This document shows positions 52,456-64,000 of a DNA stretch of 64,000 bases, in pieces. The notes under the pieces are model-generated. The model was not told the origin of the DNA and ran no database searches. It saw nothing but the letters and a program-made list of their open reading frames with translations. This DNA comes from Macrostomum lignano. Its lineage: Eukaryota. The first letter of the stretch is position 1; every line of letters begins with the position of its first letter. Location: positions 372,001 through 436,000 of the forward strand of contig NIVC01000573.1 in the NCBI GenBank assembly GCA_002269645.1, in the 5' to 3' direction. Made by a program: the position numbers and the translations under genes.

Positions 52456-54375
52456 ATGGATTTGTGCTTGAGTTGTGGGAAAGAGGTTTGCCTTCTTCAA
52501 CACGGCCTACTTTGTGATGGCTGCCACTACTGGCAGCTCAGAGTCTATGGAATAGGCATGAATGCAAGGATGTACTTCCACTTAAAAAAACTAGGAACTT
52601 TTTCTTGGCACTGCTCAGAGTGCTCCCATCCTGATGTACATGTACAACAGCTGGATGATGACTACAATATGTATCAGGCTGCACATGATGATAACCAGCA
52701 CCACGCCGAGCAAGAAGTAGGCTTTGACAAATAGCATGGTGACGATTGCCAGGTTCAACATGATCCAGAAGACATTGTCGAAGAAGTAGGCTTCGAAAAA
52801 TAGCACAGTGACGATTGCCAGGATCAACAGGATCCAGAAGACATTGATATTGATGATCCAAAGCCATGCTTAGTTCCTGAACTTGAGTTTACAGAAGAAA
52901 CGTTTGAAATCATTGAAGCAGGCAGCAGCCATAGTAGCACAGTAGTAGTGTCATCAAAAGGCTATACATATGGCTTTTATCATAGGTATGGAAATAAGGA
53001 GCATTATCAAAGTACCCAGCACAGTTGCCAAGTGCCATGCCATGCAACTCTTATATGTACTGATAGAGTTTGTACTTGGAAAGAGCTGGCACTGTCATGA
53101 GCCGACACCAGATGCAGCAAAGGTATGCAAACTTTCTTGGGACATTAAGAGTGCAGCAGTTGCAATTTTTTTGAGTCAGCAACCAAAATTTCAGAAGATC
53201 ATCTTTTGTGTAAGTTTAAAGTATCTAGAGCTGCAAATCTTCCAAAACCAGCAAATCTTACTAGAGTTGCGAACCAATTTTGAGAATGGAAGTGTCCAGA
53301 GGAGCCGCAGGATTTGGAATTTACAATTTAAACTAGCCCATAAAGAAATTCCTGATGGCTTCTTACAACCTGACATTGTTGTTGGAGAGTGCAGACCTCT
53401 CTCTTTGCCATAGAACAGCAGCTAGATTTTCTTCACAGTGCAAAAGACGTCTATCTTGATGGTATATTTCAAGTTGTAAGACAACCTTTTGTTCAACTTT
53501 ACTCTCTACATGCATTTCTGCACTCTGATAGACAAGCCAAACAGGTGAGTTGAGGTCAATTGAGCAAGTGAATTTGTGTCCTGATCTTAATAATGTCTGA
53601 ATAAATTCTTGTTCATATTTATATGTACATGTAGGTTCCCTTGGCTTGTATCATTATGTCCAGACATTGATCTTATGACTACAAGGCTATTCTTTGTAAA
53701 ATTAAGTCTTTGGTGCCAAAAGCTAACCCCACGCAGTTTGTACTAGATTTCAAGAAAGCTGTGTGGAAGGCAATCTGGCACGAGTTTCTTCAGATACATG
53801 TCAGGGACTGCAACTTTCATTGGATGCAAGCAGTATGGCCCAGAGTACAGTCTATCAGTCTTCAACCATCATACAATCAAGACAAGGGTATACAGTGCTT
53901 CATCAGAAAATTAATGTCCTTGCCATAGTTGCCGAGTGACTACACAGCACCTGCTTTTCTTCACCTATAAGCCTCTGCTAGTCAATTTGCCAACCAGAGA
54001 CTATTGGATCTATGTCAGTATGTCAACAGCACCTGGTTAGCTAACAGTAGTCACTGGTGCACAGAAGACATCTATATTTATTGGCAGCTGATCTGTACTA
54101 ACAATGACTTGGAAAGCTGACATAACAGGCTAAATAGGAAAGCTGGATGAGGAGATCAACACTTTTACTTTCTTCCTAAACTGCTTCATAGGGAAGCATC
54201 TCTTGTGCCACTTCAGATGCAGCTTTTGTCACATTGAGCTCCACAACGCAAGCAACACCAGGCATATCGTAGTGTGCAAACCAAGCATTTAAATATTGGA
54301 CAGAATACAACAATGGCAATCAGTTGGCTTTGCATTTGCTGAAGGCTTGTTTGCACCTATTTGCTCCAAAGTGAT
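52456..54375 (+). pseudogene. MULE transposase pseudogene with N-terminal PHD-like finger
   Basis: CLSCGK...CDGCHYW...WHCSEC, then VYLDGIFQVVRQPFVQLYSLHAF|VPLACIIM (intron 53545-53634), FVLDFKKA, RDCNFHWMQA and TNNDLES*HNRLN. Multiple stops and frameshifts. Confidence 0.85.
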
Positions 54376-54984
54376 TTTTAGCTTAGCTGTAGCTATCTAG
54401 ATTTTAATTAGGTGGCACGTAGAATTGATCAATCAGCTTTTAATCAGGTTGCAGCTTTAATATTTTATTGTTGCATGTCTTTATTTTATTTTTTTAAGTT
54501 TAAGAAGTTTTTTATTATTCCATTTACTCACTTCACTAGCAAAGTGTACTCAAAAAAATCACTTTTCTTAGAATGCAATCCGCGCTATAAATGTATTTGG
54601 TATACTCTAGTAATTACAGCTACATTATACTGACTAAATTGTCTCAAATGCACTGTACTGTATCATTGATCATATTACTTTTAAGAAGAAATTCAAACTA
54701 AATGTAGATAAAATTATAAATCTTTAAATTATTACTCAATTAGTAAATTAAACTGGGATGTCTAACAGATATCCAAGTAGAAGCTAAGCTCTTTGCATAA
54801 GGTATAGTACACTATTCAGTATATTGTACATAGTAAAAAATCAATCAATGCAATTGACTTTAAGAAGAAAAACAAAATAAACTGCAAAAAATAATTATAA
54901 AAAAGCAATACATGTAGAGTAAATCTCTAAATTACATGAACAATTTTTGTAGTGTTACTGATTCAACTAAGGTTGTGATCAAAG

Positions 54985-56904
54985 GGCTACAGGTCAAAAG
55001 GGCGACAGATCAAAAGGGCGACAGTTAAAAGGGCGACAGTCAAAAGGGCGACAGTCAAAAGGGCGACAGTTACAGTGTATTTATATTGAAAATACGAGTT
55101 CCACGTACATTAAAAGTATTTGTTAAAAGCAGTAACATGTATCATACTTGTATTTGTTAAAATGCGTTGTTAAAATTGTACGAGCAGTTAATTAAATGGG
55201 GTTGTATAAAAGCTGGACACGTATTGGACACACTATTAAATGTTAAAATGTGGTTCAGTGAGGTCCATTTATTTCACTAACCGCCTTCAGTAGATCATCC
55301 GCCAAGCGGTTGCCACGCCTGAATTCTCTCCAGTATTTGAAGTACTGGGCCTGCATACTTCGGTATCTGTTGCGCTGTACGCAGCGCATTACTCCTTGGG
55401 AGAGGAGCTTGCACCTCTACGGGGATCATTCGCGCTTCATAGAATAGGAGCTTGATGAGCAGGTAGAATTGGATGTTTCCTCGCTGGGCTCTGTAGTTTA
55501 GAGCGCGATGCCAGCTCTCTAAGTCGTTGTTGGTCCTAACTGCCTGTTGAAGTAAAGAAAAACATATTTTTTCTGGCTGCCTAGCAGTAGCGGATTTAAA
55601 GGGGGCGCACCCCGTCAAGTTTGATTTTTTCTTTTTTTCTATGGAAAGTACACATTTTCAGGTACATATACGTTGTTATTGAGTTGTTATTGTTATTGCT
55701 AAGATTCTAAGATTTTCTAAGAAACGAGGTTTCCCATCCTTCCACTTAAGTAGTTTGAGGCGGGGGTGGAGGAGATTTTCTTGGAAATTGGGCGGTTTTG
55801 AAAATTTGCTGACACCAGTGAGCTGGGGTGGATTCCTTGTTTGAATTTCTGCCGAATGTTGAGTTCGCACGAATAAAACCGGAAAAATCGCGCAGACGAA
55901 TCTCAACAGGAAAATCTTTCTCCTTTTACTCCGGCTGCCGGGTTCTCAAGTCCGGGGGGAGGGTAGTCGTAATCGTAGCGGAGCGGTCGTGTAGTGGCGA
56001 GGTCGTTCAAATCGATGAAACACTGTAATTGGAGATTCCTGACTCCATAAAATAATGCGTCGAATAGCTGAGTTTGCTACTTTCAGTAGGGTAGTTGCTG
56101 CCACCACCGTAATTTACGTATTACGGAACGAATAAGTCCCAGAGCTATCTTTGAGATGAGGACTTGGTTATTTTATGCCCCATGGGCAAATGATTCAATA
56201 AAATGCTATGGCTTAATGTCAACGGATAAATATAGATTAATGTATGGTTAATGGTTAACATTATTATTATTAACTGTAAGCAGGCGAAAGTAAATAATAT
56301 TATTGTCGACGAGGATGATGTTCGCAGGCGGTACCTGGGTGCTGAATGCGATCGGGATTTAATACAACTGGGCGCGCTGAATATTAAGTACGAACAGAAA
56401 GGAAAAATGCGGGCACAGAAGAGGAAGAGAAAGGGAGCGGGAGAGAGAGGGAGACAGCAATTACACCAAAAGATAAGGGGTTTAAATAGACTGCAGAAAT
56501 GGTTCTCACAATGGAGCAACGGCTGGGCTAGGTGATGGGCACGCACCATTCACAACATGGATTTTCGCAAAAGTTACCGTAATGAGCGCATTTTAACAAA
56601 CCTCTAGTATGAGGGCATGCATTAACACCGCGTGGATTAAACGGTGGACAAACCCGATGGACGAAGTCCAACTCGGGGAAAGGTTGGACTTGAACCACGC
56701 TAAGGAAAAAAACAGAAACGAAGCATCACGCGGACAGTCAAAATTAGTCACCGTCACAGGTCCCGTTCACTAAAAATCAATAGTGGCATCCGCCTGCCAC
56801 AAGTTCTTGGTCTAATACCCTGTCGCCCTTTTGACTGTCGCCCTTTTAACTGTCGCCCTTATAACTGTCGCCCTTTTCATCTGTCGCCCTTTTGATCGGT
56901 TGCC
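54985..56904 (-). mobile_element. Nested non-autonomous Mutator-like element, 1920 bp
   Basis: TIRs are GGCTACAGGTCAAAAGGGCGACAG and the reverse complement of GGCAACCGATCAAAAGGGCGACAG, with 14-15-bp subterminal repeats. Perfect 8-bp TSD GATCAAAG at 54977-54984 and 56905-56912. Confidence 0.9.
55255..55543 (-). pseudogene. C-terminal exon fragment of a MULE transposase
   Basis: Acceptor TTCAACAG| is followed by AVRTNNDLESWHRALN...YLLIKLLFYEA. A frameshift then leads into KLLSQGVMRCVQRNRYRSMQAQYFKYW. Homologous to the C-terminal part of the 52456-54375 remnant. Confidence 0.75.
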
Positions 56905-59249
56905 GATCAAAGTTACCAAACTTGTCACCAAAATGGTTGTCATTGACTTGACAAGTAACCCCAGATAGCCCTTTTTCTTGCTTTGGATTACTATATTAGG
57001 CCTACCCTATCTCACTCATTGACCTTTTACTTTATGACTTTTACTTGTTACCTTACATTACACTTTTGTTTTTAGACTAAAAGTTTGAAAAAAATCTAGA
57101 AGATAATTTATAGGCCCTAGCAAAAAGTTATGGCATAAAGTTCCATATAAAAATCATATTATAAGTATTTAGTATTATTACAAATGTGTAAATATGCAAT
57201 TTATCTTATGACTTAAATTATCTATCTACAACAAAAAATTCTGCATTATAGATTGGCCACAATTATATGCAACAATCATTTAATCAACATACTATCAGTA
57301 TCACTAATTAAAACTAGAACACATGGAACAATATCAATAATAATAATAACTATTCTCAAAACCTATGAATTTAGGATTGCCATTAATAGGAAATTCTGAA
57401 ATATCATGACATAGCCATAGGCGCTAGCTATGTCTATGATAGGTAATAACGATATGCAGATAGCTATGGTGGATTGGCATCAACATGGCTAAGGCACCAC
57501 CTAGGCTATGCCGCTATAGACGACGATTAGCTACGCTAGAATTGATTTTTTTCTCGAACTTAAATGAGATGGGAATCGCTCAAGCATAACTTAATCACTT
57601 GGGCGTTTTATCTCAGCAATGAAAAAGAAAACTTAGGCTTACTTAACGCAACATCGCAACTATTAGTGATTAGTGCTACCTACTATTATTTCCTCGTACT
57701 GATCATTAAACATCGACACATCGTTCTTCTTTAGCTTCTTTCTTAGAAAAGACAAATTGCCTTTCAAAATAAAAAGTTGCAAAAATCGCTCTAGATTTAA
57801 CAAGTCAATTATAAGGCTTCCTATCTTAAATTTGGTGCATTAAAATATATCTAGGAAAAGTTAAATTTAGTTCAATTTTAAGAAAATTAAATTAGCTTAG
57901 ATAAATTACCTATTGTAAATTTATTCGTGACAGTTTTCAAAATTTGCCATAAGTTAAAAATATTGATTAGGTTAGGCCTATTCAGGACTTGTTTTTTGTC
58001 TATTTAGTCATTTCAGTGTGGTTTTTTATGATCGATTGATCAGCAATCAGCAATTTCTTCTTAATTTAATTTTTCTAAACGTGTTAAGTTACCACACTAT
58101 GTCTAGGCCCCTATGTAAATACAATGTGTCTAAACCCACCCAGGCCATAGCCCATAGCATTTTAAAATGTAGGCCTAGCCTACTGTATGTACAAATACAA
58201 AAATGTTTTACTTCTAAGAGATAGCCAGATAGGCATAGGTCTAGACAGGACTAATGGGTCTTGCTTTTCAACATTTTGACAATTCTTAATTAAAGAGTGC
58301 AAACATAAAACAAAACTCATGCTCTTTACCTTGGCTTGGCTAGCCTTGCTTGGGCTTAGCTTTAACCTAGGCTTTAATCATTTATGCTATAGATAAGATA
58401 GGCTATAGTTTGGCAGTTTGGAAGGCAACATAAAAGCCTATGCTAGGATTTCCCAGCATAGTACAAAGATATTCAAAATTTAATGAGTGCTTATCTACCT
58501 TAGTTTAGATCACATTTGTATATTGGGCCCCTTAGTGTATACCAGGTCTAATGCTAATTGCTAAAAAATACGAAAAAGACCTCATTAATATAATAAAACT
58601 AAAAACTATCAAAAATTAACAAAATGATTTTGCTATGTTATTTATGCTAATGACAATATAAGCCTATACTGAAAAATAGCAAATACCCTTGGCCTTGTTG
58701 TAATTGTATATTCAAATTTGTATATTTAAATTTTGAATATTTGAATACACAAAAACCTGTTTTTTCCTATCTAATTAGTGTATTAAATTATATTAAATTA
58801 TATAATTAAATTATAATTATATTAGTGTAGTGTATTTTCCTATCTAATTAGGGCCTAGTATATTTTTCTCGCAATGAGAGCTCAATATTTCTTAGGCCAT
58901 AGACTATAGGCCATAGACTTAGGCCAAGGCCATAGACTAAACTTCAATTTCTTGAGCTGATGCTACAAGCTATAAATAATTAAATATTTCTCACAATAAG
59001 AGCTCAATATGTCTATGGTCATAGACTAAGCTTCAACTTATTTAGCTGATATTACAAACTATAAATAATTAAATATTTCTTATAGTGAGAGCTCAATAAA
59101 ATAATATGTCTATGGTCATAGACTAAGCTTCAACTTATTTAGCTGATGCTACAAGCTATAAATAATTAAATATAAGGATTCGAAAACTTGCTTTTTTGTA
59201 TAAAGGTATCAGCCAATGCACTTTGAAAATATTGAAGTAGTGCGCCACA

Positions 59250-59640
59250 ATGTCTGGGAGATGCTTTCTGTCTGGAGGATGCTTGCTGTCAGGGGAATGC
59301 TTGCTGTCTAGGGGATGCGTGCTGCATCTGGGGGATGCTTGCTATTTGGGAGATGCTTGCTATCTAGGAGATGCTTGCTGTTGTCTGGGGGGATATGGGC
59401 TGCTATCTGGGGGATGCTTGCTATTTGGAGGATGCCCACTGTCTGGGAGATGCCCACTGTCTAGGGGATATTTGCTGACTGTCTGGGGGATGCTTGCTGA
59501 CTGTCTGGGGGATGCTTGCTATCTGGGGGATACTTGCTGCTATCTAGGGGATGCTTGCTGTCTAGGAAATACTTGCTGTCTGGGGGATGCTTGCTGTCTG
59601 GGGGATGCTTGCTTGCTTTCTGAGGGATTGCTTGCTAAAT
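59250..59640. repeat. Degenerate about 19-20-bp tandem repeat (TCTGGGGGATGCTTGCTG-like)
   Basis: Visible periodicity with many variants. Confidence 0.8.
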
Positions 59641-61430
59641 TATATAATTACATTCTTTTTTTGCTCCCCAACATACAAACTTTCTTATATATTATTTTTT
59701 ACTCATTACACCTGGCTTGCAGCAAGTGGCCAGAGTTATAGCCATTGGCACAATTGTAGCTTTCTGCATATAGTATGCCATGTGTCTAAGGGCTGTGTAT
59801 AGATGAACAGTCTTTCACTGACTGAGGGAACCGCCATATCCACTTAGAGTTAGTTGATTAGTATAGTATGTTAACATCTTGTATTAGACAGATTAGAAGT
59901 ATAATACAATTGAACGAGCAATTCGGAACCTGTTAAGGGCCATTGCAAAACTCCATTGTAGAGGGGCCTTTTAGTTAAGGCTTTTTGCTTTCAATTCACT
60001 GCAACTATACAGTACTCTGCAAGGTATTCCACTGGATGGGAGATAGATGGGACACCTGGAGGGTGGGGATACCACCTAGTAGTGTCTAATATTATAGCCT
60101 AAAAATGCCTTTTGACACTGTCTATTTATTAAATTAGGGCAACATAGTTTAGACTCTAGTCTGGCTACAATAGTAAAATGCCTTTGCTTTGGTCTAGGAG
60201 CCTAATATTAAAATTAAATATTTAAGACAAGAAATGGTTATAGTTTAAAAAATGGAGATAAGATAGATAAAATGATAAAATCTCTAATTTTTTTAATTTC
60301 AAATCAAATGATAATTGGAAAGTATAAAGAATATAAAAAATTATAGTATAAGCTCATATAATTACTTTAATAAATGAATAAAACTGCTTGGCATTTGCTA
60401 GAAGCCTAAAACTTAGGCCTAAACCTTTTAAAATGTTTTTAATAAGCAGATTAGGTTTATAACATAGTTGTATTTATAAACATTTACTTGCCTATTTTAT
60501 CCCTTGATGGCTTGAAATTTTTAGATAGGACCCTAATGCATATTAGAAAGTTTTCCAAATCTTGTCTTGAAAATTTAAAGAAATTTGAGATTTTTTGAGA
60601 TAAAAAATTTTGGGACCTTTTCTTGAATCTTGTTCTTCAAACCATTTTATGTGTATATAAAGTAAACAATATGATAAATAGACAACATTTGTCTATCATA
60701 TTTACTTAACCTAATTTACTATATAGTTTTTTGTTTAAGTTATTCCCTTGTAAAGTATATAGGCCTTTAATCAATTTTTTTAGACATTATATAAAGTAAA
60801 TGATCATAACAAATATTAGTCAATTTGTATTGACCTTTTGAATAGGTTTATACCAAAATCATTTGATTTTTATTAAGTCATTTTGTTAATAAATGAAGTT
60901 TGTCTAAAAAGTAGAAAAATGTCTAATTCATATAATTATTTTTTTTCTTATCCAAAAGCACTAGCACTTGTCAATCTGTATATTAAATTATATGACTAGT
61001 ATCAATAATTTTCATCTGAACTTTTATTGACCTTTTACAGTGAATCTATATATTTTCTATGTTTTATTGAAATAATTTCTTTACCTTCTCTTAAAAGATA
61101 TAATATACATAATATATACAATATAGAAAATAATATATTGGAAAGAACAATTAATTAAGAATAACTTAAGCATATGATAAATGTAAAGACAATAAATTAA
61201 ATGAAAGATTTGTAGATATAAATTGGCCTATCGTCTATTTTTTTCTCTTATTTTATTATTCAACCTAATTTGCCCCTCTCAGAATTGTACTCATCTCAAT
61301 TCACTGCATGTCCAGCTGATCAATTTGGGCTATGCACATTGTGCATTCTTAGCTAAATACATTCCTTGTTACACCATCTGAGACTTTTGATTGGCTCTGC
61401 AACGCTCATATAGTACTAATAAAAGTAGTG

Positions 61431-63162
61431 ATGAATGCAAAGCCGCCAGGTGCTGCGGCTGGCAGTCTGGATGCCTACCTGGCCCAGCTCTATGCCGCCG
61501 CTGCCAGCCAGCAGCAGCAGCAGCAGCCACAGCAGGCGGTCCCAGCTGCGGGCCAGTCAGTTCCAGTCAGCCTGGCTGCCGGGGCCGGTGCTGCTGGGAT
61601 TCCACTGCACCCGGCACAGCTGGCCCAGCTTGGCCTGTCCGCCCAGGCGCAGCAGGTCCAGGCCCAGCTGCAAGCCCAGCGCATGGCCGCCGCCGCTGCC
61701 ACGACGCTGCCGCAGCAGGCTCTGGCTCAGTACGTGATGCTGCCACAGGGCGGAGGCCAGGCGGCTCAGCTCATACCAGCTGTCAGCGCTGCGGCCGCCC
61801 AGCAGGCCCTGTATCCCATGACTTCCGCTGCTGCCGCCGCTAATCCTGCCATGCTGCAGAGCCAACTGCAGCTTCAGCAGTACCTTCAGCAGGCTGCTGC
61901 CGCTGCTCAGTTCCAGCAACATCAGCAGCAACAACAACAGCAGCAGCAGCAGTTACAGCAGCTGGCTCTGCTGCAACAGCAGCAGCAGCAACAACAGCAG
62001 GCCGCATTGCTTCAACATCATCAGTTGATGGCTGCTCAGAGCGCCTACGCGCAGCATTTTCTTCAGCAGCAGCAGCAGCAGCAATTGCTGGCCGCGGCCG
62101 CCGCTGCCAGGTCGCCGCATATCGCTAAAGATTTTCAGCAGCAGCAGCAGCATCAACTGCTTCAGCAGCAGCAACACCAACAGCAGCAACAGGCGGCTGC
62201 GGCTGCCCAACAGCTGCTTTTGCAGCAGCAGCAACAGCAGCAGCTTCACCAGCAAGTGCCGCAGTCATCGATGGCTCCAGCCGTGTCTGTTGAAGCCGCC
62301 GTGTCGGCTGCCAACGCCAACAATACGCCGCCAGCGTCTGCTGCATCAGCGGCAGCCGAGGCTGGCAAGCAGCCAACTACTCAGACTGCTCAGCAGCAGC
62401 AGCAGGAAGATGATCCCAACTGCACCATAGTCCGCCGGCCTGTGCTGTACAACAAAGACGGCAGCGCCAATGGCGCTTCATCGGCGGCTGCGACAGCATC
62501 TCCGGCTTCGACTGCGACGGCTGGTGCCGCGCTGACGCCGACGGCAGCGACTTCGGGCCCCGGCGGCGACACCGACAAAAAGTGCAGCGGACCGTGGCGC
62601 CGGCTCATCCGCGAGGACGGCACCGTGGCTTTCACCAGGTGAGGCGGCAGAACTCCAGTTTCGGGATGTGGGGGGGGGGGGCTTCCTGTGTGCCTCATCA
62701 ACCGAGTCGGTGTTGCAAATCCATTGATTGCATTTCACTCACCTGCAGGGCCGCCGCTCAGTCTGCATTTTGCCCAGCAACGAAATTGCATTGTTACATT
62801 ATGATGGAAACTCAGCATTTTCTATTCCAGATGCAGTTTATAAAGATAGAAAATATCCCCAATTATTTGGGATCAAATTGCTGCTTACATCTTTACATTT
62901 ATTTGTGTTTTTTAGCGTATTTAAGATTGCTTTACATTGATTTATTGGGCCAGGTTTCATCGATCCCGTTGCTACGGTAAACATTGCCGTTGCTAAGAGA
63001 TTGATAACTAGAATAGATTCAATGTTAGTCTAGGGGGAATGCTAATTAGTAGTGTGTAACGCAAATTTACTCCCTATTTTTATTGACATTTGTCTCCTTT
63101 ATTTCAGGTTCCAAAAAGCATTTGCGGAGAGAGTGCGGTCACAGCGCACTCAACTCGTTTAA
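61431..63162 (+). CDS. Gln/Ala-rich low-complexity protein of unknown function; exons 61431-62638 and 63108-63162 (upstream exons not excluded)
   Basis: About 400-codon GC-rich ORF with mixed CAG/CAA codons. Donor AG|GTGAGG and acceptor TTTATTTCAG|G are phase compatible, giving ...AFTRFQKAFAERVRSQRTQLV*. Confidence 0.7.
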
Positions 63163-64000
63163 GTATGATGATTGATAGCTGAGGAATTAATTTTTATTTC
63201 TAATAACGATTAGATTGTCACTAGACTGTTGCTTTAGGGCTTGTTACCGAAATCGTTAATTTCGATAGTTTTAAGCAAGGCTGTTATCAGGCATAGTGGA
63301 AGGAGAGCTGTGAAGGTGTGTGAGCTGGTTTATAGCCGCAGCGCAAAGGTACGTCAGAGGCCATACAGTGGCTCAAAATTAGACTGACAGTTTTTGTGCT
63401 CAGTTTCCAAATTAATTGTCCCGCGAAATTTGTTTGCCTGCCTCATTAAAACAACAACAACAACAACAACATAAAATACAGCTGCTAAGCAACAAGGCAT
63501 AATCTTGTACTCTATGTATATGTACCGTGTTTATTTATTGTTCATAACCGCTTGCATAAACTGGTTGGTCACGTTATGTTTACTGCCTTTTCTCTCTTTT
63601 GCACTCTTCTCATTTTTTGCAGTCTGGCAAATTTGAGCAGTTAATTCATAATTAAGGAACAACAAGTTCTATTAGAGAGTGACGTTGAGTGTGCAGAGGA
63701 TAATATTAGCTATGAGCTGAGTCAGCCTGCTTTGTGTATTCTATCTCAGTCTCAAATTCTCCATCACCCATTGGGCTGCATAGACCAGTGGAACATGAAT
63801 GAATAAAAGTACTATAATAAGATTTTATAAGCAGAATGTAAGCTTTTAGTCGCTTCTCTCTCGGCCTAACCTCCACCGCAACCACACAACAGCAGCACCC
63901 ACTGAGTGTCAGTTAATACATATCTTTAATCTGTTATTTTTTGGTTTAATTGTGATATTTTATATTGAATTCATTTGTCTTAGTAGTTAATCTCTCTTGA

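Larger units (their letters stand above)
51941..56960 (+). mobile_element. Degenerate Mutator-like (MULE) element with long TIRs, interrupted by a nested related element
   Basis: Termini are GGTTACTAGTCAAGTC and the reverse complement of GGTTACTTGTCAAGTC. Flanks CTAGATAG / CCAGATAG match at 7 of 8 positions. Inverted similarity extends about 280 bp (51941-52220 versus 54765-54984 plus 56913-56960). A transposase remnant lies inside. Confidence 0.82.

Noticed and set aside
57640-57730. Candidate first exon of DDX41 (MFNDQYEEII)
   Set aside because: Weak donor, AT-rich context and no similarity to DDX41 N-termini; not supportable.

Overview
Eukaryotic, intron-containing animal genomic DNA. It has GC-rich exons, AT-rich intergenic DNA and minisatellite-filled introns. 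The style suggests a free-living flatworm such as Macrostomum, which is inference only. Gene models were assembled by hand from splice sites and phases. They are ferroportin (SLC40A1, -), naked cuticle (nkd, -), a secreted PAN + ALK/LTK-type glycine-rich protein (-), DDX41/abstrakt (-) and a Q/A-rich orphan (+). The main discovery is two three-exon genes that the ORF track does not show as whole proteins (29252-29978 +, 42935-44508 -). Both encode prepropeptides: signal peptide, acidic pro-region, then a strongly cationic mature peptide with the shared motif RRC-x2-Y-[KR]-F-x4-L-x-C-x2-Y. Both have the same intron phases (1 and 2). They look like a paralogous family of single-disulfide hairpin peptides, either antimicrobial/defence peptides or neuropeptides. 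The rest of the window is DNA transposons and tandem repeats. The transposons are an intact DD34D mariner, a hAT-type element, nested Mutator-like elements with 8-bp TSDs, and MITEs. The tandem repeats are a 7.25-kb 33-bp satellite and many intronic minisatellites. Nearly all long repeat-derived ORFs in the track are artefacts.
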